64,000 nucleotides of DNA from Tubiluchus corallicola (taxonomy: Eukaryota > Animalia > Priapulida), in assembly GCA_030141605.1 (NCBI GenBank), contig JAQGDQ010000459.1, forward strand, positions 118,668-182,667. The letters are read 5' to 3'. This document shows, piece by piece, positions 21,327 through 32,907 of this stretch. The translations under genes and the position numbers were made by a program. Within the stretch, counting starts at the first letter, position 1. Each line of letters starts with the position of its first letter. The notes beneath the pieces were generated by a model that did no database searches, was not told the origin of the DNA, and saw only the letters and a list, made by a program, of their open reading frames with translations.

Positions 21327-23865
21327 GTACTCTACGATGCTATACCTGTCAGAAATTTCGACACGTATCCCAGTGGTGTGACCAACCTGTTAAATGCGGG
21401 AAATGTGCAGGAAATCATGGAACCGCTAGTTGCAATTCAGATAAAAAACATTGTGCTTTCTGCAAAAAATCACAAGAAGCCTGGAGCCGGGAATGTAAGT
21501 CATATTTAGACGACGTTGAACGGCTTAAACAAAAATAACTTAGGATGAAATGTGAAAAATGTGACAGGTGTAAAAAGCAAACTTGTTTAAATGGCAAAAA
21601 AAACTCATTTACTGCCTCTGCTTCAATAGCTACCATTAAAATTGCACACGTATCTATATCTCAGATTATAATACAGTGAAAAATGAAAACTGGACGTGTC
21701 ATGTGTGTGTAATGACGAATTGTTTGCTTTTAATCATTTAGATAATGATAAAGATTGTTTAATCGCGAATAATAGAGACTCGTACTTTATTAATATTGAA
21801 AATCTCAATGAATTAGTATTTCCGCTTGTTGAAACGGAAGAATCTTTAAAACATAAACTAACTGAAGTAGATGCTGACAGTAACTGTTATAACAGTGCGT
21901 CATTAAACTGTCCTTACTATAATGACGATGCTCTTTCGGGTCTCAAAGTAAATAGTCCCTACCACTTATCACTGTTGCATTTAAATATAAGAAGTACTCA
22001 AGCAAATTTAAACGAATTCTTATGTTACAAGCATTAATCGTGAATTTGACGTATATGGCTTTTCTGAGACTTGGCTAACAAAAGAAAATTCTATGCTTTA
22101 CGAAATTCCAGGCTATAATCACGTTAGTCAAACTAGAGATACTAGGCAGCGTGGTGGTGGGGTACCTATTTACGTAAAGGACCACCTAGATTTTGATATT
22201 AGAAATGATTTAAATTGCAACGAGCCAATATGTCAGATAATGTTTGTCGAAATTAAAAGTCAGACTATGAGTCGTAAAATGTGCTAGTGGGATTATATAC
22301 AGGCCTCCTGGTTATGGTGTAAATATAGAAAATTTTAATGAAAAGCTAAACTGTATTTTAGAAGTAATAAGACATGAGAGTAAAAAGTGTTTCGTTCTAG
22401 GAGACTTCAACTTAGATTTATTAAAATTTAATGAACATTCTCCAACACATGAATTTTTGGAAACTCTATATTCTTATGGGCACTTCCCTTTGATAAACAA
22501 ACCAACTCGAGTTACTAGCCCCACTGCAACTCTAATTGATAATATTATCACGAATGACTTTAGCTGTCTTAGTATAGAGCAAAGTAATAATGGGATCATA
22601 TGTACGATTATCTTTGATCGTTTCCCTGTATTCTGTATTGCAGATGTAGGCGGCAAACAAACAAAAGAAACCTACAGACGCGTTTTTATTAAAGTAAATA
22701 AAGATAAATTTGAAGGAATGTTACAACTTATTGCGCGGAACGATGTTTGCATTGTTCTGTTCTTTTCCGTTGCAGTACCAATGTAGCAATGGCCCTTGAT
22801 TATGAACAGCATAAAATTGTATGATCAGATTTAGAGCAAACATTTTAGCTATTTATAAATTTGTTAAAATTTACAAACAATTTAACTTATATAATAGCAA
22901 TTTAGATTATTGTACCAGTTCTTCCATGCTAGGAAACGATTAATCTTGATCATGGGTTATCGTTCTGGAAGATTTGGTTTTGCTGTGTAGAGGTTGACGA
23001 ATTCCAAACTTTTGTGATATCATTTAGTTTAGTTTTGAAGTAGTTTTACGGTAGTTTATGGCGATAAAACATCACTTTCGTAGTAAACCATTAAAAACCA
23101 TCGTGGTGATAGCTTACATTGGTTTTCTTTCTAGTGAACGTTTATAGAACTTACAGTTTGAATTCTTTTATAATGTTGTTTATGTGATTTCCAAGAGAAT
23201 TTGTCAGAGTTGTGGTAAGGTGCTGCCGCTTAGCGGCCAAATCCGTTACTTTTGCCGTTTTACCGTCTAGATCCAAGTGACTTTGTAAAACGTACTGCAC
23301 AATACTCATTAAAACTTCGTGATTCTTTTACGATTTTTATAGTTTTACCACAAATTATGCTGTTGCTGTTTACGGTGGTTTATCGAAAGTGATTTACGAA
23401 TTATGGTGGGGGTAATTTTTTACCAATTTTTTACCCCCGGTTACCAAAATCGGTTGTAAAAAATCATGCCCCTGCAAGGGTTAAGCAAAACGTACATTTT
23501 CATATTAAAACCCAGCTATAGATAAACAAATAAGCACCTAGCATTTAAAAAATACGAAAAGCACTGATCTAGACACAGTTAACTTATAAATAGTTGACAA
23601 GAATTCTACGCACACTAACACATTACATTACATTACACTATATGAGAATCTTATTTGCGCGTGTTAGTTAGGCAACATGTGACCCGGCCACAGTTCTATA
23701 CAAAAATTACAATTACACTGTTAAAATTACACAAACTGTCAGACCAGTGGTAATCTGATACTAACAATAACAGTGAAAGAACTGTACTAGCTTTGCTAGA
23801 CGCTGTAACATCTAAAAATGATTTATGACTGATCAATAATGCAATTTCACACGAATCAAGTCTTA

Positions 23866-24066
23866 AACAACTTCTTAAACAATCCATTATATAATGAATT
23901 TTATTAGATTTTTATTAGGAAAATCCAACGTTTCCACTGCAAACTAGCAGTCAACATCAGGTGTATTTGTTCCCTGAAGATGACCACTGGTTTGCAGTAG
24001 AAATGTTGGAATTTTATAATAAAAACAAAATAAAAAATTTATTATATAGTGGATTGTTTAAGAAAA
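23866..24066. mobile_element. Fold-back of two inverted Penelope-like ends with degenerate hammerhead cores
   Basis: Imperfect arms of ~95 bp. Plus strand: ccCTGAAGAtgac...GAAAtgttgg. Minus strand: cCTGATGTtgactgc-tagttt-gcagtgGAAACGTtgg. Confidence 0.6.
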
Positions 24067-24135
24067 CGGATATTGGTCAAGTTATAAAGAATTTAAAAAT
24101 GTTTTGTTTCCATTGTTTATATTCGTTTCTGGCAA

Positions 24136-25902
24136 TCACTCTTGGCCCACCATTGTCTTCTTTATCTCGGCGGCAGCCTTCTCTGCTACCATGACAACAA
24201 CAGCATGTGTACCTGCGGATACGGTTGCCGGGGCAACTGATGCATCTACTACACGTATGCCATCTAGGCCCAGGATCCTGTAACAAAGGTTTTTTCCTTC
24301 AATATCAGTGCAATTTTCTGGTGCATTGATTAATTAACTTAAATTGGCTGGATGGCTGGTTATTTGAATGACTTATTTACTTGCTGACTGATTGTTTCAC
24401 CAAGTGAGTGATTGAATAAGTTGTTGACATACTAATTAACTGACTGTCTGACTAGCTGTTTGGTGAATATTCGATAACAGATGGGTGCATGAATGACAGA
24501 CTGACATACCGACTGACTGACTGACTGAGTGACAGACTGACATACCGACCGACTGACTGGCTGACTGACTGACTGACTGACTGACTAATTACTTCTGAGT
24601 GACTCACCAGCTGACTGACTGACTAACTACAAGTCAGCCCGACTAAATGATTGGTTTACTGTTGGACAACCCAATATACGTATGTAATACATTTTAACCA
24701 TTCGTTCTGTTCTAGCTGTAGAAACATTGGAGTCACAAACAATTCTCACCTTAATTCAGAATCCACCACAGCATTTGGGTCGCTGCTAGATCCCATCCTG
24801 CAAGTACCAGTTAAATGGTACATGATGTTGGGCAGGTGGGTTGCGAGGCAAAGAAGATATTTTTGCCTTTCAGATGAGGGGTCACAGTTTCCAAGATGCA
24901 CTTCTTTCATGGTAGCACCAATTTCTCTAAAATACTTGGTACCAGTCAACTCTTCTGCTAACTTCATTCCTGGAAAATGTTGTGGTTCACTTTAGAGAGA
25001 GAAAGTATTACAGTTTAGGTTCAACAGAGCTTAAAGCAACACTGAACCTAATCTTAAACTGTACATTAAAACAATCTACTCTTTAAAATTTTGAAATGAA
25101 ACATGCTGTTTTTTAAAAATGACTTACGTGAAAGAGTTATTACCACACAAACGCAATTTCACGTTCGCGTCAATAGTTCTTTGCTGTTACATGCATTTCG
25201 CCATTTGCTAGTTGGACGGGCGCTAGCGCCTGCATGTCAGAAATACATTGTAGAAAAAACAGGTGCTGTACCTCTTAGTAACAGACGTGTTAGTTCGTGA
25301 TGAACTACGAACGATATACAACTCCTGCGTGAGCACAGCGATAAATTTGAAAATCGAATTTTTATCTTAAAACTTGCCTAGTTTTAGTGCAACACACTGA
25401 AGCATTGTACCAGTAGCATTGTACTTCAATTTTCTCTTTCGCAAACACGTGCAACACGCTCCTAAAGTGCTCGTGATGTTGAAAATTATGTTAGTTTGTG
25501 ATGTCATCACATTACTTAGCATTATGCTTGCCTGTTTGAAAAACTCATGTAATTGGAAAAGAAAATTCTTAGTAATTTAAAATAAATGCGCCACCTGGTA
25601 AGACGTCTCTGCATCGCCATCCCAGTGTGCACCACTGATTCACCGAAAAAAAATCACATTATTGATCTTATTGTCAAGATAAATTAACCTAAGCTTTTGC
25701 TTAGTTATCATCATGATCATCATCATCATCATCATTATCAGCATTATTTACTTCATCATCGTCATCGTCATCATTATCACTGCATCGCCATCCCAGTGTG
25801 CACCACTGTTTCACTGAAAAAACACATTATTGATCTTATTGACAAGATTAATTAATCTAAGCTTTTGCATAGTTATCATCACGATCATCATGATCATCAT
25901 CC

Positions 25903-25936
<34 letters not shown>

Positions 25937-27094
25937 TGTCATTGTCATCAATATTTACTTCATCATCGTTATCGTCGTCATCATTATCATGGTTATCATC
26001 ATCATCATTATCATGGTTATCATGATTATCATCATCATCATCACTGCATCGCCATCCCAGTGTGCACCACTGATTCACCGAAAAACAACAACACATTATT
26101 GACCTTATTGACAATACAAATTAATCTAAACTTTTGCTTAGTTAGTGAGGATTATACTACAAAGGCTGTGAATATTTTCAAATTGTACTCAATGTTACGT
26201 AAATGTGCTTCAAAACATTTACTATAGCGGCCCCAGCTATCACCTTGCAGAACGAGGAAGAGGCCAAAAACGGATTTCAAAATATTTGCTTTTTTCGAAT
26301 TCATTTTGAGAAGAAAGCTGAAAGTTAGTCTTTGTACTTTAATTTGAAAAGTTTTACCTTCGATTAGAATTTGTGCATCACTTGCCACCTGCAAATCCTG
26401 CAGATCAACAACAGGTGGATCAAAAGGGTCATTAGAATTGAGGCGTACCTGTCCAGTTGATCTAGGGTGCAGCAGTACTGGTACCCAGGTGAGAGAGTGT
26501 TGCAAGTTCTTCAACATAAAAAATAGCCTTATTTCATTGTTTTACTTTTACTAAACACAGCCAAGGCTTTGTTTCATTGTAGGCAATAGTGGAAATCGTT
26601 GCCCATTTTATTTTACAGAATGTTTATCAGATCAATTGCAGTTTATTTAGTTTTTACCTGTTGTCTCAGAATTCTGTATTTTTTAGTTACTTCATTTAAT
26701 CAACATTTATTTCTTTATTACCTGGTCTTGTTCGTCAGGTGAAATGCTCGTCAGAATCAGCAGCACATCAGAGTGATGATCAACTGCAGCATCTTTCCTA
26801 CCCATATTGAAGATTCCCACTCCTGCCAGATGATTTGACGCTACAGGACCTGCATAATTGGCCAACAGAAACTCGATACTTTTCTGTTACGAAGTTTATT
26901 GTCTAATAGTTATCATGTATAGTTGTCACTCTCGTTATGGAAATCGTCATCGTCATCGCCATCGTCTTTGTTATCATCACCGTCATTGTCATCGTCATCA
27001 TCAACATCATCATCATCATTATCATCATCATCATCATCTTTGTAATCATTATTTACATATTTACATACTTTATAATCATCATCGTCATCATTGC

Positions 27095-27125
<31 letters not shown>

Positions 27126-30100
27126 TTCACCATCATCATCATCGCCATCACAATTGTCATTATCATTATCACTGCCATTATTACTATCAATGCACAGTTA
27201 TACCCGAACGAAACCATCTCCACTGGAGTTTATTAAGCCTATTGAATGTATCATTTCTTGTCAGACTGTAAGGCTTGTCAATTGTGTACGTTGGATAAGG
27301 TACGCCCACGTGATTCTGAAGATATTGCCCCACTGGTAGGTCAGCGACAACTGGTATCTGAAATTGAAACCACTGTGTAGCATTGAAACTTTAAAATGCC
27401 TGCTTGATAACTGCAGATTAACTGCCATAAATTATTTGTGAACTACTGCTTCTTATGTTTCACCAATGACATCTAAAGACAAGGGAATGCTTTGTTATAA
27501 ATCTAGTTTTTCCCAGAGCCTCTTATCTGCGGAATTGTTGCAATAGCTTGGCAATTTTTTGCTGAAATAAAAGGTAAATTGAATTAAATCGTATCAGTAC
27601 GTCACTCGTTTCCTTTTGGTACCACTTTTAAATGCCAGGTGGCGCCAGAAGATAAGACATTATTTTTATACAAATGGCAATGGCCTATTAAAGAGGGTTA
27701 CCGGTAAATTAAAAAGAGAAGAACGTTGAGACATATCCAAAAACTAGGAGGTTAAAGTTTTCTGGTATAAAATTCCACAGACAAGCAGTCCGTAGGAAAA
27801 ATCTTGATAGGTTTACCACGTCCACGTTTCAGCTCAGGTTTGCCTGTTCATACAGTAAAAATCTTCGACCTTTACATCCTTACATTGAATTCATGGAGCT
27901 GTTGGGCTGGTCCAACCCCAGAGAGGAGCAGCAGGTGGGGTGTTTCGATGACACCAGCACTGAGGATAACCTCTCTCTGGATTACCACTCTCTTTCTGGT
28001 GGCTTCGTGGATGATTTGAACTGAAGTTGCCCTTTTTTGTTCAAACTCCACCTGACAGTAAAAAGACAAGGTTTACATGGTTAATGAACAATCAAATGGG
28101 CTATTCAATGATCGCCCAGGCTACGAGTTGAACCTACTGAGGTTTAGATTGGCTTTGTGCGCGACATGCGCTAAATACAAGTTCAACAGTCTTTGAGATA
28201 TAATTTATGATTTTTTTATTGTCCAAAATGGGCAATCATCGTCTCATCCCCAAATCACTATCACATCATGACATATTTGACTGACTGACTGACTGACTGA
28301 CTAACTGACTGACTGACTGACTGACTGACTGACTGACTGACTGACTGACTGACTGACTGACTGACTGACTGACATATTATGTGCGACTCCACTTCGTTTT
28401 ACCTGAAGCAAATAAAAACATTTTCTGCTAATCCAATGTCAAAAGGATAATTAACTGCTATAATGAAAATGTGTAATAATATCATGAAATATGAAGAAAT
28501 CAAACTTACATTTGTGCCGCATCTTACTAACTTGCTAAAGAGAACTCGACTGAAAAAAATTTATTATAAAACGTCACGACGTACTGAACAAGAATGACTT
28601 CTTTCCTATCCGGTCTGCAAAATGAGGCCAAGGACTTATTTCCTGTCCTAGCTCACCTGTCTATCAACAGCCTAAATTTGCAAAAAACAAACACAAGGAG
28701 GCACCACGTGTTTATATCCAAAACAGACTTTATGACGCATTGCTGCTTTAGCCAGACTTTAGTCAGTGAATCACTGCTATGAAGACTCTTGAAGTGAACT
28801 TGCCTTTATCGCACGAGCATTGGTTATAACGTGAAGATTAGGACGATCAATCAACGGTTTTAGGTAAGCCGTTGCCGTGCTTTGCCGTTCTCCACGAAAA
28901 ACGTTCGATTGCACTCTCATTACCCCTGAAAAGGGGAAGAAAAGGAAATGTTAAATTATGTCCCAACTTTTGGAAGAAAATGATGTGTTAAATTATGTCC
29001 CAAAAAACTTAACAAACAAAGTTATGTTACTTAGCTTTGCACTTACCTGCTTAACAGACTTATGTAGTCATTCAGAAAATTTTCCTGGTAGCTAAACTTT
29101 GAATTATTGGACTTACCATAGTGGCTTTTGCCGTTCAGATAAATTTCCTAGTAGCTAAACTTTGAATTATTGGGTTTACAATAGTGGCTTTTGCCATTCA
29201 GATCAGCTTACTGGTAGCCTAACTTTGAATTATTGGGCTTACCATAGTGGCTTTTGCCATTTAAATCAGCTTCCTGATAGCCCAACTCTTTTCCACTTTT
29301 AATGAACGTAGTTCCTATTGGTTCTGCTGTTGTCTCGGTAATTGGGATTGGTCCATCTTTCCCGCGATAATCTGTTGAAGAGAGTTAAACAATTTACATG
29401 CTTTGTGCACACAGTAAAAGGTACCCATAAAATTCCATGACTTTATACTATGATTACCTACTTGAGAAAGTTATTACATTGGAAAGTACAATTATTAATA
29501 ATTTAAAATGGTGGTAGATGCTAAAAAGTACCTGTTCAGCAATCCCAGTGTGCACCACTGATTCACCAAAAAGCATGGCTTCATTTATCCTATTGAGAAC
29601 TGTATGTGTGCTACGAATGCTCTGATTATTTTATCAAACTTTACTCAGCATTATCTAAACTTGTTTCAAATGATTTACTGTTAAAATGGCTGCGTCTAAC
29701 GATGTTTGCGGGAGTTTACATTTTCGAGTTTTATACAGCGTTACTGCTAATGCAAGCTCTGCGTGTAATAAGACCTCAAAATGTAAGTGATGCAAAATTT
29801 CAAGGCTAACATTTAGCATTATGTAAGAATGGTAGTATAGCGATTTGTTGGCTAGCTTTCTTGGTTTTTTGATCTCTTAATTGTAAGGTCTTAACAATGT
29901 CTTAACAGGCTTCTTGAGCCAACTCACCTGATGTCTGAAGACGCTGAACCTGGACGTTTTCAGACATTTTGAAATATGGCAGAACTTCTTCATAAGACCA
30001 GCCCATAGCGCCCAGCGCCTTCCAGTGGTCATAATCAGCCTTGTTTCCCCTCAAATACATCATGGCGTTGGTGCTACTAGAACCGCCTAGCGTCTTCCCT

Positions 30101-30388
30101 AATGGTAAATTATTCCTCTGGAAAAATCACAGAAGTTTCTTATAAAACTTCATCCTTCTGTCAATAGATGTCACTACCTAATGCCTGATATGAAATTTTC
30201 GTCACCGTTCACACCGTTTGCTTATATTTATTGAAGTAAAAGAAGAAGGTGTACTTTCGATAACTATTAAACGAAACTACTACATGTATTATCACTTTTA
30301 TCATTAGAGACTTAGGCATATAAACCCCCTCTCTTTCTTTCCTTTCTCTCTTTCGCTCTATGTCTGTCTGTCTTTTCCTGCATCTTGC

Positions 30389-30445
<57 letters not shown>

Positions 30446-30509
30446 CTCTCCCACCCCTCTCTCTCTCTCATTCTCTCCCTTTCTCACTCCCTCTCTACTC
30501 TCCTCTCCT

Positions 30510-30556
<47 letters not shown>

Positions 30557-31322
30557 TCTCTCTCTCTCTCTCATCTCTCTCCCCCCTCTCTCTCTCTCTC
30601 ACTTCTCTCTCTCTCATCTCTCTCTCTCTCTCGCTCTGTCTCTCTCTCTCTGTTCAATCTTATCACGTGAAGATGAAAGTCTTATACTTAATGCCTTAAA
30701 CTTGTACTGCATTTACCATTAGCTTGATTTACAGTTTATCTTGTCAAAATGTTGGAGCCATGATGAAATACGAATAAGTTTACACGTCGCCAATTTTGTT
30801 CAAATCTAAAAACTGCATGAGTTCTACTGTACTGTACCTTATTCTGACAAGCCAAACAGGAGCGCTTCTGGGGTGCTGAAAAGTAGTTCCAGTGTTTTCC
30901 AAGCGAATGAAGCCACATAAATTCTGCTGGAGAGACAATTCTTGGTTCGTCTGTATCGTCTCCTCCTGCTTCTATCAAAGCTACAGTCACATTGGCAACT
31001 TCAGACAATCTGCGAGCAAGAACGCATCCTGCTGTACCTCCACCAACTTGAAAAATAGAAAAAAATTCAAACACAAACTATTGCTTCTCTCTTTCTCTCT
31101 GTCTCTCTCGTCTCTGTTTGTGTCTCTGTCTCTCTCTGTACTATATATATATATATATCCGTCTGTCCGATTGCTCGCTCGTCCACCCACCCAATCCATC
31201 CATCCGTCCGTCCATCCATCCGTCGGTCGGTCCGTCCGTCCGTCCACCCCTCCCTCCCTCCCTCCCTCCCCCTCTCTCTCCCCCTCTCTCTCCCCCCTCT
31301 CTCTCCCCCCTCTCTCTCCCCC

Positions 31323-31372
<50 letters not shown>

Positions 31373-31558
31373 GTCTCTCTCGTCTCTGTTTGTGTCTCTG
31401 TCTCTCTCTGTACTATATATATTTATATCCGTCTGTCCGATTGCTCGCTCATCCACCCACCCAATCCATCCATCCATCCGTCCATCCATCCATCCATCCA
31501 TCCATCCATCCATCCATCCATCCATCCATCCATCCATCCATCCATCCATCCATCTTCT

Positions 31559-31591
<33 letters not shown>

Positions 31592-31761
31592 CTCTCTCTC
31601 TCTATCTCAACACTCACTCTCTCTTTTTAAGTGAAAAATCAATACGTACCAATAACATAATCATAACTTGCCAGAATTCCAGGAATGTTCTTAAGCCTAA
31701 TATTCCAATAATAAGCCAGTCCTATCATCAACACAGCCACTGTGGTTACACTTCCCTTCAT
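24136..31761 (-). CDS. GMC oxidoreductase (glucose dehydrogenase [FAD]-like); exons 31650-31761, 30838-31046, 29928-30117, 29243-29371, 28804-28925, 27884-28051, 27204-27357, 26722(or 26658)-26849, 26358-26508, 24750-24969, 24136-24277
   Basis: [118 protein letters not shown]. Hydrophobic N-terminus. Phases are consistent except for the ambiguity at 26509-26721. Confidence 0.92.
25525..26260 (+). mobile_element. Dispersed repeat family B, locally triplicated with intervening (CAT)n; other copies at ~29540-29810(+), ~43015-43310(+), ~54480-55140(-) and ~58320-58984(-)
   Basis: Shared motif catcccagtgtgcaccactgattcacc-aaaa-cacattattgatcttattgac...tgctacgaatgctctga. Confidence 0.75.
26940..27190. 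repeat. Degenerate (CAT)n microsatellite in a GMC intron
   Basis: Directly visible. Confidence 0.92.
28277..28373. repeat. (GACT)n microsatellite; similar tract at ~24495-24625
   Basis: Directly visible. Confidence 0.95.
29065..29290. repeat. 63-bp minisatellite spanning the 3' end and donor site of GMC exon 4
   Basis: About 3.5 units of aattattgggcttaccatagtggcttttgccatt...tagcc-aact; the rightmost unit is the real exon end. Confidence 0.85.
30325..30650. repeat. (CT)n microsatellite
   Basis: Directly visible. Confidence 0.97.
31085..31625. repeat. Compound (CT)n/(CCAT)n tract containing a ~130-bp direct duplication
   Basis: 31087-31220 is repeated at ~31360-31495. Confidence 0.9.
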
Positions 31762-32119
31762 TGCAACGTTATTTATCTGGAAGTAAATCACATGTCATAC
31801 TTGTTTTCACTGCTCTACAATTTTCACTACGGACCTTTCACCAGCGGACACTAACCTTATCTATTTACTGGCTTTATTTACCGCCTTAAAAACAACTGGG
31901 CATGGTTTCCGCAGCTAGGCCAATGACTAGCGATATTGCTGTACCTGCGTGGGCCTGGGTGGGTTATCATTTTTAGTGATTGCCTGTTTAGCAGTCCGTC
32001 GCGGTACCATGACTCATTGTCTCAATCTTCGCCCTGCATAATTCAAAGCTCTTGATTCTCAGCCATCATAATTTTGGCTTTTTGTCAAATATTTTTGATG
32101 TACATCTTTATTGACGTGT

Positions 32120-32907
32120 TGATTAGTTGACAAAGTTCCAGTTCAAAGATTTTGCAGGGTGTACACCACACGTGGTCAGTGTTGAAACAGCAAATGATTA
32201 GTTGACAAAGTTTAATTAAGTTCTAAGCTTTAGCAGGGTGTACACCACACGTGGTCAGTGTTGACACAGCTGTTGATTAGTTGACAAAGTTCCAGTTCTA
32301 AGCTTTAGCAGGGTGTACACCAAACATAGTCAATGTTGAAACAGCAGTTGATTAGTTGATAAAGTTCCAGTTCTAAGCTTTAGCAGGGTGTACACCACAC
32401 GTGGTCAATGTTGAAACAGCAGTTGATTAGTTGATAAAGTTCCAGTTCTAAGCTTTAGCAGGGTGTACACCACACGTGGTCAGTATTGAAACAGCAGTTG
32501 ATTAGTTGACAAAACTCCAGTTCTAAGCTTTAGCAGGGTGTACACCACACGTGGTCAGTATTGAAACTGCAGTTGATTAGTTGACAAAACTCCAGTTCTA
32601 AGCATTGGCAGGGTGTACACCACACGTGGTCAGTATTGAAACAGCAGTTGATAAGTTGACAAAACTCCAGTTCTAAGCTTTGGCGGGGTGTACACCATAC
32701 GTGGTCAGTATTGAAACAGCAGTTCATTAGTTGACAAAACTCCAGTTCTACGCTTTAGCAGGGTATACACCACACATAGTCAGTGTTGAAACAGCAGTTG
32801 ATTAGTTGACAAAACTCCAGTTCTAAGCTTTAACAGGGTGTACACCACACGTGGTCAGTATTGAAACTGCAGTTGATTAGTTGACAAAATTCCAGGGTGT
32901 ACACCAG
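32120..32907. repeat. 75-bp minisatellite, ~10.5 copies, upstream of the GMC start codon
   Basis: Unit ttgattagttgacaaaactccagttctaagctttagcagggtgtacaccacacgtggtcagtattgaaacagcag. Confidence 0.95.

Larger units (their letters stand above)
19200..22745 (+). mobile_element. Degenerate, 3'-truncated non-LTR retrotransposon (5'UTR, ORF1, APE domain of ORF2) carrying a SINE and a MITE
   Basis: ORF1 from 19946 has CxxC..CxxC, a coiled coil, and CYTCQKFRHVSQWC / CGKCAGNHGTASC knuckles at ~21338-21470. ORF2 has HLNIRS, SETW, GGGV.IYVK, YRPP, GDFN and TRVT..TATLIDNI. The 5' boundary is approximate. Confidence 0.85.
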
